From a bacterium (lineage in GTDB: Bacteria > UBA4055): 64,000 nucleotides of DNA. The DNA lies in contig JAKQBN010000061.1 of the NCBI GenBank assembly GCA_029559475.1, positions 3,488-67,487 of the forward strand, in the 5' to 3' direction. Position numbers and translations under genes: made by a program. This document shows positions 10,622-20,890 of this stretch, piece by piece (position 1 is the stretch's first letter; the number at the start of each line of letters is the position of its first letter). A model generated the notes under the pieces. That model was not told the origin of the DNA. It made no database searches and was given only the letters and a program-made list of their open reading frames with translations.

Positions 10622-10652
10622 TTCCTGTACTCCTGTACTCGTTTTTTCAGCG

Positions 10653-11195
10653 TTATTTTTTAGTTAATATCATAGATATTCTTCTAATTCCCTCCTGCTC
10701 GATCTCCTTATCCATCTTCGCGATATCCTCAACGAATGAATAAAAAGTCTTTAAGAGTTCCATTCCCATATCTTTGTGAGCTATCTCCCTTCCCCTGTAC
10801 TGAAGAAAAACTTTTACCTTGTTGCCTTCTTCCAGAAACTCCCTTGCCTTTTTGGATTTTATCTCCATGTCGTGATTGTCAATGTTAACCGACATTATCC
10901 TGATTGTCTTCAATGAGACCGTATGCTGTTTTTTCTTTGTTTCCTTTTCTTTCCTTGCCAGTTCATAACGGTATTTTCCGTAATCAACTATCTTGCATAC
11001 GGGAGGATTCGCGTTCGGTGCTATTTCAACCAGATCCAGGCTTTTTGAAGCTGCTATATCATTAGCCTCTTTTGAACTTACTATTCCGAGCTGTTCTCCG
11101 CTCTCGCTGATCAACCTTACTTTTTCGTAAGTGATCATTTCGTTGATCGGGAGTTCGTTCTCGTCTTTTTTCTTGGGAGTGAAGGTTTTTTTAAT
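10653..11195 (-). CDS. infC: Translation initiation factor IF-3 (ATT start)
   Basis: LDLVEIAPNANPPVCKIVDYGKYRYE; in-frame ATT at 11195 preceded by GAGGTG RBS, 19 codons upstream of the ORF-track start. Confidence 0.95.
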   Translation of the reverse strand: MKKTFTPKKKDENELPINEMITYEKVRLISESGEQLGIVSSKEANDIAASKSLDLVEIAPNANPPVCKIVDYGKYRYELARKEKETKKKQHTVSLKTIRIMSVNIDNHDMEIKSKKAREFLEEGNKVKVFLQYRGREIAHKDMGMELLKTFYSFVEDIAKMDKEIEQEGIRRISMILTKK

Positions 11196-11215
11196 ATCTC
11201 ACCTCGTAATTTATT

Positions 11216-13147
11216 TTACAGTTCCAGCTTATATCCCTCGGGAAGAGCTCTGTTATCTCTCTCGAGTCTGATCTTTTCGATGAATGAATCCAGGGTGAAT
11301 TCGCCGATATTGCCTTTTTTATGCTGTCTTATAGTGAACATTCCCGTATCTCTTTCTTTTTCGCCGATAACGAGCATGTAAGGTATTCTTTTCACGCCTT
11401 CCGCTTCTCTTATTTTATAACCTATCTTCTCGGATCTTTCATCAAAATCCACTCTGAAAGCGGCAGCTGTTAATTTAGAGAGTACTTCTTTTGCGAAATC
11501 ATTGAATTTGTCGCTTACGGGCATAACAGACACCTGTACCGGTGCAAGCCATAACGGGAAGAATCCGCCGAAATGTTCGAGAATTATACCGAGGAACCTT
11601 TCGAGAGAGCCGTAAAGCGCTCTGTGGATCATTATGACCCTTTTCTTATCTGAATTTTCATCTACATAGGTAAGGTCGAAACGCTCAGGAAGATTCATAT
11701 CGAGCTGTACGGTCCCGCACTGCCATGCCTTGCCGAGAGCATTCTTTACATAAATATCTATTTTAGGTCCGTAGAATGCGGCATCGCCTTCGTTGACCAC
11801 ATAATCCTGACCGTATTCGTCAAGAGCGGCCTTAAGCCCGGCGGTCGCGAGTTCCCAGTTCTCAAGCGTGCCAATATATTTCTCGCCCCTTGTTGAAAGA
11901 GCCAGCGAATATTCAAGTCCGAATGTTTTATATATTCTGTCAGTCAGTCTGATCACTCCTAAGATCTCATCCTTGATCTGATCGGGCCGCATATAAATAT
12001 GCGCGTCATCCTGAGTAAAGGCTATCACTCTGAACAATCCTGAGAGAGCCCCGCTGAACTCTTTTCTGTGGACGTGTCCCAGTTCCGAAATTCTCATCGG
12101 AAGTTCGCGGTATGAATGCAGTCCGGCCTTGTACCAGAGCATTCCGCCCGGGCAGTTCATAGGTTTTACAGCATTTTCAACGCCTTCCATTTCTGTCACG
12201 AACATATTGTCTTTATAATTCATCCAGTGACCGGAAGTCTCCCAGAGCGATTTTGTCATAAGCTGCGGGGTCTGGATCTCTTTATAATTGTCTTTATTAT
12301 GTTCGTATCTCCAATAATCTATGAGAAGCTGTTTAACTATTACTCCGTTGTGGTGATAGAAAGGAATGCCCGGAGCTTCCTGATGGAAGCTGAAAAGGTC
12401 TAATTCTCTTCCGAGTTTTCTGTGATCCCTTTTCTCGGCTTCCTCTCTTATCTTTAAGAACATTTCAAGTTCTTCAGATGACGGAAAGCTTATCCCGTAG
12501 ATCCTCTGGAGCATCGCATTCTTTGAATCGCCGCGCCAGTACGCTCCGGAAGTTGCGAGCGTCTTGAATTTTTTAATGGTGCCGGTACTTAATATATGAG
12601 GACCTCTGCACAGGTCGGTAAATTCGCCGTTAGTGTACATTGATATCACAGCATCTTCAGGCAGAGCTTCGATGAGTTCGACCTTGTATATTTCGTTTTT
12701 CGACCTGAAAAATTCAAGAGCTTCTTTTCTAGAAACTTCTTTTCTTTCGAATTTCTGGTTCTCTTTTATGATCTTATTGACTTCAGTTTCGATCTTTAAA
12801 AGGTCTTCATCCGTGAATGGTTCGTGCTCGAAATCATAATAGAATCCCTGCTCGATAGCCGGGCCGATCGCGACTCTTGTTCCCGGGAACAGCCTTATTA
12901 CAGCCTGAGCCATTATATGTGATGTCGAATGCCAGTACAGTTCCTGCCCTTCAGGATCAGAGAACTTGAAGAATTTTATTTTTGCGTCTGCTTCTATCTT
13001 TGCGCTCAGATCGCACATCCTTCCGTCAACGTTCATGCATAGAACTTCTTTTGCAAGGCCGGGACTTATGCTTTTCGCTATCTCGATCCCGGAAATGCTT
13101 TCCGGATATTCTTTTGTTTTCCCGTCGGGAAAAGTGATCTTTACCAT
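11216..13147 (-). CDS. thrS: Threonine--tRNA ligase
   Basis: TGS N-terminus, WHSTSH, DLCRGPH, RDHRKLG, KPMNCPG, FYGPKID. Confidence 0.98.
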   Translation of the reverse strand: MVKITFPDGKTKEYPESISGIEIAKSISPGLAKEVLCMNVDGRMCDLSAKIEADAKIKFFKFSDPEGQELYWHSTSHIMAQAVIRLFPGTRVAIGPAIEQGFYYDFEHEPFTDEDLLKIETEVNKIIKENQKFERKEVSRKEALEFFRSKNEIYKVELIEALPEDAVISMYTNGEFTDLCRGPHILSTGTIKKFKTLATSGAYWRGDSKNAMLQRIYGISFPSSEELEMFLKIREEAEKRDHRKLGRELDLFSFHQEAPGIPFYHHNGVIVKQLLIDYWRYEHNKDNYKEIQTPQLMTKSLWETSGHWMNYKDNMFVTEMEGVENAVKPMNCPGGMLWYKAGLHSYRELPMRISELGHVHRKEFSGALSGLFRVIAFTQDDAHIYMRPDQIKDEILGVIRLTDRIYKTFGLEYSLALSTRGEKYIGTLENWELATAGLKAALDEYGQDYVVNEGDAAFYGPKIDIYVKNALGKAWQCGTVQLDMNLPERFDLTYVDENSDKKRVIMIHRALYGSLERFLGIILEHFGGFFPLWLAPVQVSVMPVSDKFNDFAKEVLSKLTAAAFRVDFDERSEKIGYKIREAEGVKRIPYMLVIGEKERDTGMFTIRQHKKGNIGEFTLDSFIEKIRLERDNRALPEGYKLEL

Positions 13148-13235
13148 GATCTTCTTCTTTTTTACATTATCCTACGCTTGCTGCGTAAGCGCGTTAATAT
13201 ATAATAATTTACCTTTCAAGTCAAGTAAAAACAGT

Positions 13236-13757
13236 TCATTCATTTTCTGTTTTTTTCTTATCTAGGAAAAGATATTGTACCGCTAAAAGGATCATCCCGA
13301 CCGTAACGAATGAATCCGCGATATTGAATATCGGCCATCTTTCCATAATTATATCCGGAAAATCGCAGTCTATAAAATCGACGACTTTTCCGTAGAAAGC
13401 CCTGTCTATCATGTTGCCTATCGCTCCGCCCAGGATCATGCCGAAAGCCCACAGCTCGAGTTTTTTACTGATATTCGTTTTCAACATCAGGTAAACGATA
13501 AAAAGCGATGCTATGAACGATACCGATGTCAGAAAATACCTTCCCCCGAGATCAATGCTGAAAGCGATCCCGGTATTGTAAGCCAAAGTGAATCTCGCGA
13601 ATTCCTCTCCGACAGCTTTTACGGAACAGCCGTCAGCGTTCAGAAGAAATTTCTCAAAGAATTTTTTTGACAGCTGATCGCAGATTATGATCAGACCCGA
13701 AAGCAGAAAGAACGGATATTTGTTCTTTAGATCGTCTTTTGTTAGCCGCAGCTGCAA
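13236..13757 (-). CDS. lspA: Lipoprotein signal peptidase II
   Basis: DQLSK, NTGIAFS, GGAIGNMIDR, VVDFID, FNIADS. Confidence 0.96.
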   Translation of the reverse strand: MQLRLTKDDLKNKYPFFLLSGLIIICDQLSKKFFEKFLLNADGCSVKAVGEEFARFTLAYNTGIAFSIDLGGRYFLTSVSFIASLFIVYLMLKTNISKKLELWAFGMILGGAIGNMIDRAFYGKVVDFIDCDFPDIIMERWPIFNIADSFVTVGMILLAVQYLFLDKKKTENE

Positions 13758-14132
13758 TTAATCCTTTCTCTCTTTATTTGCCTTGCATTCGAAGCAGAGA
13801 GTTGCGTGAGGAACTATCTTCAGCCTTTTCTTGTCAATAAGCGCTCCGCACGTCCTGCAGACACCGTAAGTACCGTTGTCGATCCTTTTCAGTGCTGCAT
13901 CGAGGTTCGCTATGAATTTACCCTCTCTCTGAGCCATATAGAAGTCCATTTCTCTGGCCTGGTGCTCAGTTCCCAGCTCTTCCGTGTGGGTTTCTCCTGT
14001 CTGCTCGACTATTGATTCAGAATTAGTTTCGATGCTGTGGTCGATTATTTCCTTCGTTTCCTCGATCTGTTCAAGTATGATCTTTCTGAAGGCTTCTAGC
14101 TCTGTTTTGCTGTATTTTTTCTTTTCGGCCAT
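13758..14132 (-). CDS. dksA: TraR/DksA family C4 zinc-finger regulator
   Basis: ALKRIDNGTYGVCRTCG...RL...P...LCFECK; between ileS and lspA. Confidence 0.85.
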   Translation of the reverse strand: MAEKKKYSKTELEAFRKIILEQIEETKEIIDHSIETNSESIVEQTGETHTEELGTEHQAREMDFYMAQREGKFIANLDAALKRIDNGTYGVCRTCGALIDKKRLKIVPHATLCFECKANKERKD

Positions 14133-14153
14133 TTGCGCTCCTTTGTTTATGAT

Positions 14154-17100
14154 TTAATTAATTCTTTCGATCTTTAATATGCATTCGTGTCCGTTTATAT
14201 CCAAAACCTCGCCCTGAACTTTATCACCGCATTTTAATATTTCGACTGCCAGGGTTTCGGAGGATATATATTCTTTCTGCTTATCTATCGCTGAAGACAG
14301 TTCGTCATCGGCTGTATATTTTACTTTTATCCTATCTGCAATGTCGAAACCGCTGTCTTTTCTTAAGTTCTGGATACGGTTGATCAGCTCTCTCGCATGG
14401 CATTCGATCAGAAGTTCGGGAGTGACCGTAGTATCTAATGATACCGTTATGTCTTTTTCAGAAACCGAGAATATTCCCGGTTTGGATTCATGCTGAACCG
14501 TCATATCCTCAAGGGTTATCGTTTCGCCTTCGATCGTTATTCCGCTGCCTGTTTCAAGCTGTCTTATTTCCGCAAGGGTCAGCTGAGATATCGCGGCTGA
14601 TATAACTTTCACTTTCTGTCCGTATTTTTTTCCGAGTACCCTAAAATTCGGTTTAGCTGTTATTTTTGCAAGCTCTTCCTCGTTCTCTATTACGATCACG
14701 TCTTTAATGTTCAGCTCTTCTTTTATCAGATCGCTGTATTCCGTTACCGCTTTCTGAGTAACTTCTTTATTGGCAACGACAGTGAAAGATGAAAGCGGCT
14801 GTCTTATCTTTATGTTCTTCTCGTTCCTGAGTATCCTTCCGAGTTTTACGGCAGTCTCTACGAAAGACATCTTTTCTTCGAGCTCGAGATCGATGAATCT
14901 TTCGTCAACTTCAGGATAATCCCTTAAATGGACTGAATCTGCAGACTTCGGAAATACGGACAGCTCAAGATTCTGGTAGAGTTCTTCCGCCACGAACGGC
15001 ATGACCGGAGCGATCAGCTTTGTAAGTATTGAAAGCACTTCGTAAAGCGTTTCGTATGCGTGTTTTTTGTCCTGATCGTTCTCGCTTTTCCAGAATCTTC
15101 TTCTCGACCTTCTTATGTACCAGTTCGTGAGCTTATCTATGAAATCGACCATGGCCGGCAGCACATTATAAAGCTTGTATGCCGACATCTGATCATTAAC
15201 TTCTTTGGTTAAACTCTGAAGGTAAGACATGATCCATCTGTCGAGGTCGTTCGTCAGATCTTCGGGCTTGAAATATTCGGGTTGCGGTTGCCAGTTGTCT
15301 ATTCTGGCGTATGTTACAAGAAAGCTGTAACTGTTCCATAAAGGCAGCATAACTTTTTTTATTACTTCCATTATCCCTGCTTCAGAAAATCTGAGATTTT
15401 CGGCTCTCACTGCGGGAGAATTTATAAGATACATTCTCATCGCGTCAGCACCGTACTTATCGAGAATTTCCGTTACCGGAGGATAATTTCTCTTCGATTT
15501 GCTCATCTTGCTTCCGTCTTCAGCCAGAACCGTGCCGTTTACGATCACGTTCTTGAAAGCGGGTTTGTTGAAAAGTGTCGTTGAAAGAACGTGAAGCTTG
15601 TTGAACCAGCCTCGTGTCTGATCTATTCCTTCCGCTATGAAATCGCACGGAAAATTTTCTTCGAACCTTTCCTTGTTCTCAAAAGGATAGTGATTCTGGG
15701 CATAGGGCATTGAGCCCGACTCGAACCAGCAGTCCAATACTTCGGGAGTGCGTTTCATTTCTCCGCCGCAGGAGCATTTAAAGGTCATTTTATCGACGAA
15801 ATGTTTGTGGATATCGGTTATTTCGGAAAGTCCTGTTCTCTCCTTAAGCTCCTGAACCGATCCCACGCACTCGGTGTTTCCGCATTTTTCGCATACCCAT
15901 ATCGGCAGCGGAGAACCCCAGTATCTGTTTCTTGAAAGATGCCATTCTGGCATTTGTTCCAGAAGATTACCGAACCTTCCGTATTTAATGTTTTCAGGTA
16001 TCCAGTTTATGCTCTCGTTATTCGCTATAAGATCTGACTTTACCGGTTCAATTTCCATCACCCAGCTGTCGGTCGCTTTCTGTATAAGCGGAGTATCGCA
16101 TCTCCAGCAGTGAGGATAACTGTGCTGCACGGTATCGTGCTTTATCAGCTTGCCGGCGGCTTTCAGATCCTTTATTATGTGCTTGTCCGCGGCCTTTATG
16201 TTCTGGCCTTCGTAATCGGGAACTTCAGAATTGAACCTGCCCATATCATCAACAGGATTCAGTACAGGTATATTATATTTCTTCCCGGCCTCAAAGTCCT
16301 CCTGTCCAAAAGCGGGCGCTTGATGAACTATACCCGTTCCGTCCTCTGTTGAAACGTAATCAGCCTCGATCACTGTGTGTATGAACTCATTCATGTCTTT
16401 ATAATAATCGAACAGCGGTACGTATTTTAAGCCTACTAGTTCAGAACCTTTCACGGTCTTTATTATCTCGAATTCGCCTTCTTTGAAGATATGATGTATC
16501 CTGTCAACAGCAAGTATAAGTGTCCTGTTGTTCGCTATGTCTTTTACATAAGCGTACTCTATGCTGTTCTTTACAGCGAGAGCCGCATTCGACGGAAGTG
16601 TCCACGGTGTTGTCGTCCATGCTGTCAGATACAGATTCTCTTCGCCTTTGACCTTGAATATAACAGTAACGGACGGGTCCTGAACATCTTTGTAGCAGTC
16701 GGTTCCGGCCTCATGCTTGGACAGAGGCGTCGAACATCTCGTGCAGAAAGGATTTACCCTGTAGCCTCTTTTTATAAGCCCTTTGTCCCAGATGGATTTG
16801 AAAACCCACCATACGCTTTCCATATAGCCGATGTCCATCGTCTTATAATCATTCTCAAAATCAACCCACCTGCCCGATCGCTCCACGATCTTTTCCCATT
16901 CGTCAACGTATTTCAGAACGATACCCCTGCATGATTCGTTGAATTTATCTATTCCGAAAGCTTCAATGTCTTTTTTAGATTCGAACTTCAGTTCTTTTTC
17001 TACTTCGTATTCAACAGGAAGACCGTGACAGTCCCAGCCGAACCTTCTCGAAACATATTTTCCCTTCATCGTCCAGTATCTCGGGATAACATCCTTTAAA

Positions 17101-17291
17101 GTCCCGCCGACTAAGTGACCGTAATGCGGCAGTCCTGTCGCGAAAGGGGGGCCGTCGTAAAAAACGTATTCCTTTTTACCCTTTCTCTGATCGAGCGATT
17201 TTTTAAACGTATCGTTATCCTTCCAGAACCTTAATACTTTTGCTTCAAGTCCGGGAAAATTCACCTTTGCATCAACTTCTTTAAACATCAT
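14154..17291 (-). CDS. ileS: Isoleucine--tRNA ligase (type 2)
   Basis: YDGPPFATGLPHYGH, GWDCHGLP, WTTTPWTL, SRNRYWG, KMSKS; 1045 aa with type-2 C-terminus. Confidence 0.98.
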   Translation of the reverse strand: MMFKEVDAKVNFPGLEAKVLRFWKDNDTFKKSLDQRKGKKEYVFYDGPPFATGLPHYGHLVGGTLKDVIPRYWTMKGKYVSRRFGWDCHGLPVEYEVEKELKFESKKDIEAFGIDKFNESCRGIVLKYVDEWEKIVERSGRWVDFENDYKTMDIGYMESVWWVFKSIWDKGLIKRGYRVNPFCTRCSTPLSKHEAGTDCYKDVQDPSVTVIFKVKGEENLYLTAWTTTPWTLPSNAALAVKNSIEYAYVKDIANNRTLILAVDRIHHIFKEGEFEIIKTVKGSELVGLKYVPLFDYYKDMNEFIHTVIEADYVSTEDGTGIVHQAPAFGQEDFEAGKKYNIPVLNPVDDMGRFNSEVPDYEGQNIKAADKHIIKDLKAAGKLIKHDTVQHSYPHCWRCDTPLIQKATDSWVMEIEPVKSDLIANNESINWIPENIKYGRFGNLLEQMPEWHLSRNRYWGSPLPIWVCEKCGNTECVGSVQELKERTGLSEITDIHKHFVDKMTFKCSCGGEMKRTPEVLDCWFESGSMPYAQNHYPFENKERFEENFPCDFIAEGIDQTRGWFNKLHVLSTTLFNKPAFKNVIVNGTVLAEDGSKMSKSKRNYPPVTEILDKYGADAMRMYLINSPAVRAENLRFSEAGIMEVIKKVMLPLWNSYSFLVTYARIDNWQPQPEYFKPEDLTNDLDRWIMSYLQSLTKEVNDQMSAYKLYNVLPAMVDFIDKLTNWYIRRSRRRFWKSENDQDKKHAYETLYEVLSILTKLIAPVMPFVAEELYQNLELSVFPKSADSVHLRDYPEVDERFIDLELEEKMSFVETAVKLGRILRNEKNIKIRQPLSSFTVVANKEVTQKAVTEYSDLIKEELNIKDVIVIENEEELAKITAKPNFRVLGKKYGQKVKVISAAISQLTLAEIRQLETGSGITIEGETITLEDMTVQHESKPGIFSVSEKDITVSLDTTVTPELLIECHARELINRIQNLRKDSGFDIADRIKVKYTADDELSSAIDKQKEYISSETLAVEILKCGDKVQGEVLDINGHECILKIERIN

Positions 17292-17297
17292 TTTCCT

Positions 17298-17960
17298 CTA
17301 CTGCTTCATTTCCGTATAGCCTTCCGGCCTCTTAGTGTATTTTTCATCTATTTTATCAATTATCTTCATGGCTGTGATCTCTTTTTCAGATACGACAGTA
17401 CCGCCTATCCTGGCCACTTCTCTGACCACGATGCCGCCCGTAGCCTTGATCTTGTCCATCATGTTCTTAATGTTCTTCGAATCCTTCTGCATCTTTTCCT
17501 GCTGCCTGATCATCAGGTCCGCCGGGAATCCTGTATCTTTCGCGACATACATATCGAGATCCATCGCCATATCCATAACTTTCGCGTTCCCGAGATACTT
17601 TTCCGTATTCCACGGTCCTATCTTCTTTTTTTCGCCTGTCGTTTTCATTTCGAAATCTTTAAGCTGGGAGTCTGTCGAATACATAATATCAGTAAGCTCT
17701 TTGAACGTCTTTTTGTAGAAAGTCTTATTCGTAGTATTGTAGAATTCATAAGCTTTATCGTCGATGTAAGTAATGCTGAATTCATCTGCGATAATTATCA
17801 GATCGTCAGATATAAAAGTCTCCTGCGTCAGCGTATCCATTCTTCCGTCAGCCTGAGCCGAAGCGATAAGGATCTGCTTAACGTAATAGTTTTTTGAAAA
17901 TGCCGGAAACACCGTGATCAAAACGGCTGCGAGTAATAAATATTTTTTCAGGTTTTTCAC
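17298..17960 (-). CDS. Secreted hypothetical protein (DUF4412-like)
   Basis: Signal peptide; KTTGEKKKIGPWNTEKY resembles the DUF4412/GLPGLI-type motif. Confidence 0.55.
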   Translation of the reverse strand: MKNLKKYLLLAAVLITVFPAFSKNYYVKQILIASAQADGRMDTLTQETFISDDLIIIADEFSITYIDDKAYEFYNTTNKTFYKKTFKELTDIMYSTDSQLKDFEMKTTGEKKKIGPWNTEKYLGNAKVMDMAMDLDMYVAKDTGFPADLMIRQQEKMQKDSKNIKNMMDKIKATGGIVVREVARIGGTVVSEKEITAMKIIDKIDEKYTKRPEGYTEMKQ

Positions 17961-18138
17961 CAGTCCTCCTTTACCTAATTAACAGCTACGCTGTAAAATA
18001 AAGTCAGAGAATATATTAAAATATTATAATAATATCAAGAGAGAAAAAGTAATTTACTTTAAGAGATAACGCATTTTGTAATAAAGACTTTAGTGTTTGT
18101 GACAAACGATGGCGATGGGAGTTTTTTGACGATTTATT

Positions 18139-19362
18139 TTAAATTGATTTCAACGCGCTGTCCAGACTTATACATTTGAGCGGGATTTCCGGATAAGCAT
18201 TTGTAAAAGCTCTGTATTTCGATTCTGAAAAAGCAGACTTATCATATTTTACTTCGTAGGCATATAATTTACCTTTGTCGTTTTGCACTACAAAGTCAAC
18301 TTCATTCTTATCATTTGTGCGCCAGAATTTAGTGTTTTCGGGTCCGTACTTATCTTTCAGCATAAGGTAAACATAATTTTCAAGCAATTCGCCTTTATCC
18401 TGCCTCAATCCTATCGGGCTGTAATTATTGATAAGCGCATTCCTTAATCCGAGATCCGCAAAGTACAGCTTAGGCATTTTTCTTAGTTCGGAAGACATAT
18501 TATTGTAATACGGCCGCATCAGATGAATATGAAATGATTTGCGCATAACCCATATATATTGCGAAACGGTTTTATTATCCATAGCTATATCTGAAGTCAG
18601 ACTGTTAACGTTAAGAAGTTCGCCGATCCTTGAAGCGAATAATTTCATAAGATTAAGATATTTTTCCTGAAAGCCGAGATTGCTTTCCGCCGCATCTTTT
18701 TTTGCGTAAGAATCCGCTATTTCATTAAGTACCGATTTCTTTGCCTTCTCACTACCGCTCAGCACGACTTCCGGATAACCGCCCCATATAAGATAATCAT
18801 ATAAATACTCTTTTATTCTGTCTGAATATAAAAGCGGGATATCAGACGTATTCAGTACTTCTGCAAGCTCATTTTCGCCTTTAAATATAAGTGTTTCTTT
18901 TAGTGACATTGTCGGCAGTTCGTATATTCTTTTTCTTCCCGCCAGCGAATCTTTAAATTTACTGTCGATATAAAAACTTGATGACCCCGTTACGATAAAT
19001 TTTATACCTTCGAGATAAGTGTCGTAATGGTATTTTAAAAAATTGGACGGATCTTTCAGATACTGTATCTCGTCAATTAAAACATATCTTCTTTCCTTAC
19101 CTTCCGGTTTTGCTATAAGCTGCAGAAGATTTTTTGGATTTGCATCGAGGAGATTAAGTATTTCCCTGTCTTCAAGCGTAAAATAAAAAACTGACCGCTT
19201 GTTTTTTTTAAGGAATTCTGATGTTTGTTTTAAAAGAGTTGTTTTTCCTGTTTGCCTTGCACCGATGATCAGAGATATGTGTTTTTCAGGAATGTCTTTT
19301 TTTATGTCGTTTAGTAGCTGTCTTTCCAAAATTATTGCCCTTTTTCTATGTTTGCATTCCAA
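18139..19362 (-). CDS. AAA+ ATPase (AAA_14) with C-terminal DUF4143 / PD-(D/E)XK-like region
   Basis: GARQTGKTT, LIDEIQY, TGSSS, GGYPEV, PKLYFADLG, ENYV, EVDFV...YEVK; true start may be slightly downstream. Confidence 0.85.
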   Translation of the reverse strand: MECKHRKRAIILERQLLNDIKKDIPEKHISLIIGARQTGKTTLLKQTSEFLKKNKRSVFYFTLEDREILNLLDANPKNLLQLIAKPEGKERRYVLIDEIQYLKDPSNFLKYHYDTYLEGIKFIVTGSSSFYIDSKFKDSLAGRKRIYELPTMSLKETLIFKGENELAEVLNTSDIPLLYSDRIKEYLYDYLIWGGYPEVVLSGSEKAKKSVLNEIADSYAKKDAAESNLGFQEKYLNLMKLFASRIGELLNVNSLTSDIAMDNKTVSQYIWVMRKSFHIHLMRPYYNNMSSELRKMPKLYFADLGLRNALINNYSPIGLRQDKGELLENYVYLMLKDKYGPENTKFWRTNDKNEVDFVVQNDKGKLYAYEVKYDKSAFSESKYRAFTNAYPEIPLKCISLDSALKSI

Positions 19363-19415
19363 TATTCTTGGGATAATTTAATACTTTCATTCCAAAAAAA
19401 CAAGAACTAAATGCT

Positions 19416-20804
19416 TTACAGTTTATTGAACCAGCTTTTTTTATCCTTTCTGACTTCAGATGAAGCGTAAACTTTATAATCGGTAAAAATGGTTGTCTGT
19501 CCGTCATAGACTGTTATGACCGAAGTGTTGTATGAAAGTTTGTCCTTGTTCGCGCCTGTGATTAGCTCGACTGATCTTTTCTTGTTCGGTTCGGTCAGCC
19601 CTTCAGCGATAAATGCTTTTAATTTTTCCGTGCAGACGCCGATGTCGCCCGTTATCTCTATTACTGATTCGGTATCGTTTTTGGATATCTCGCCGTTGCT
19701 GAACATGAAATCAGTCCCGGTCAGCCTTATAATTTTAATTTTTTCTTTGTTCTGAAAAACTGCTTTGATAAGTTCGCTGACATTTAATGTCCTGTTGACA
19801 GGAATTGATTCTCCTTTATCGTTCTTTTCATAGAAAACCGCGTCGAGTGAGAAGTCCGCAGCCTCTATTCTAGCGCTTCCGCAGTCAAACTCAGGTTCTT
19901 CCTGTTTGATAGGTTTAACCGGCTCAGAGATTTTTTCTTTCTTAACTTCAGAATTTATTTTTTGATCAGCCTTCTTTTCAGACTTTATAACCTCTGCAAT
20001 GATCTCTTTTTTCTCTTCGCTCTTAACTATAATTTCAGGTTTCTTTTCAGGTTCTTTTTTTACAGTCTCCTGCTTAACTGTTTCCTGTTTCTTTTCTTCT
20101 TTTACTAACGGCTCAGTTTTTATTTCGGCTGTAACAGGTACCACCGTGACAGGAGGATAATTTTCAAGAGTGAAAAACCAGCTTTTTGGATCTCTGAACG
20201 GATCGCTGCCTATGTAGAAACGGTAATCAGGATATAATGAAAAATGATCGTCGAAAAAAGTCAGTTTGGATGAAAAATAAGCGTCGTTGTCGTGGCTTTT
20301 CCCCCATATCCATTCGAGAGAGCTTTTCTGATTTGAAGTTAGGGCTGTATTCTCGATCAGCTCCCTGATCTTATCCTTTGATCTGTACGCAGGTTCTTTT
20401 TCCAAGTCTTTGAACGAATTGTCGGCCAGTGATATTTTTTTCCCGTTTCCGTTGTCTATATCGAGCTTGTTTATCCTTAATATCTTCGCATTTGCTATCA
20501 CATTCGATAAAGAATCAAGTATTTCCGAGATCGTCATGTCCGTTCTGTAATCAAACTCATACTTAAATTTATTTCTTTTATAGACATCAACTCCGAACGG
20601 CCGGAATATCTTTTTAGATGATGATAATTTTTCAAGCAGAGATCTAAGTTCATCCCCTGCATAACGCGATCTGACAGAATCAAGCACGGAGCTTATCTTT
20701 AGCGAATCTGATGTTATTTCGTTGCTTTTCTTTAAATAATCGCCGTCCGACGCAAAAAGCCCGGCCAGCAAAAATAATATTATAGAAACAAGCGCTTTAT
20801 TCAT
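19416..20804 (-). CDS. Secreted hypothetical protein with internally duplicated domain and Lys/Glu/Pro-rich linker
   Basis: Signal peptide; two ~145-aa halves ending YPDYRFY...DPKSWF and FTDYKVY...DKKSWF. Confidence 0.6.
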   Translation of the reverse strand: MNKALVSIILFLLAGLFASDGDYLKKSNEITSDSLKISSVLDSVRSRYAGDELRSLLEKLSSSKKIFRPFGVDVYKRNKFKYEFDYRTDMTISEILDSLSNVIANAKILRINKLDIDNGNGKKISLADNSFKDLEKEPAYRSKDKIRELIENTALTSNQKSSLEWIWGKSHDNDAYFSSKLTFFDDHFSLYPDYRFYIGSDPFRDPKSWFFTLENYPPVTVVPVTAEIKTEPLVKEEKKQETVKQETVKKEPEKKPEIIVKSEEKKEIIAEVIKSEKKADQKINSEVKKEKISEPVKPIKQEEPEFDCGSARIEAADFSLDAVFYEKNDKGESIPVNRTLNVSELIKAVFQNKEKIKIIRLTGTDFMFSNGEISKNDTESVIEITGDIGVCTEKLKAFIAEGLTEPNKKRSVELITGANKDKLSYNTSVITVYDGQTTIFTDYKVYASSEVRKDKKSWFNKL

Positions 20805-20863
20805 AATGACAGGTAAGTTAATCCGTAAATATAAAAAAGAAAATCAAAATATCGTTGAAACAT

Positions 20864-20886
20864 AAAAAAAGCGGGATAGACCCGCT
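20864..20886 (-). terminator. Intrinsic terminator after HesB-like gene
   Basis: Minus strand AGCGGG-TCTAT-CCCGCT-TTTTTT. Confidence 0.7.
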
Positions 20887-20890
20887 AATT

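Noticed and set aside
13148..13235. T-box or tRNA-mimic operator upstream of thrS
   Set aside because: The leader is too short for a T-box, and the hairpin present (CTTACGC-AGCAA-GCGTAGG) has no Thr anticodon-like loop.
19920..20130. Tandem DNA repeats
   Set aside because: They only reflect a low-complexity K/E/P-rich protein linker (KQETV x2, KKEPE/KKPE).
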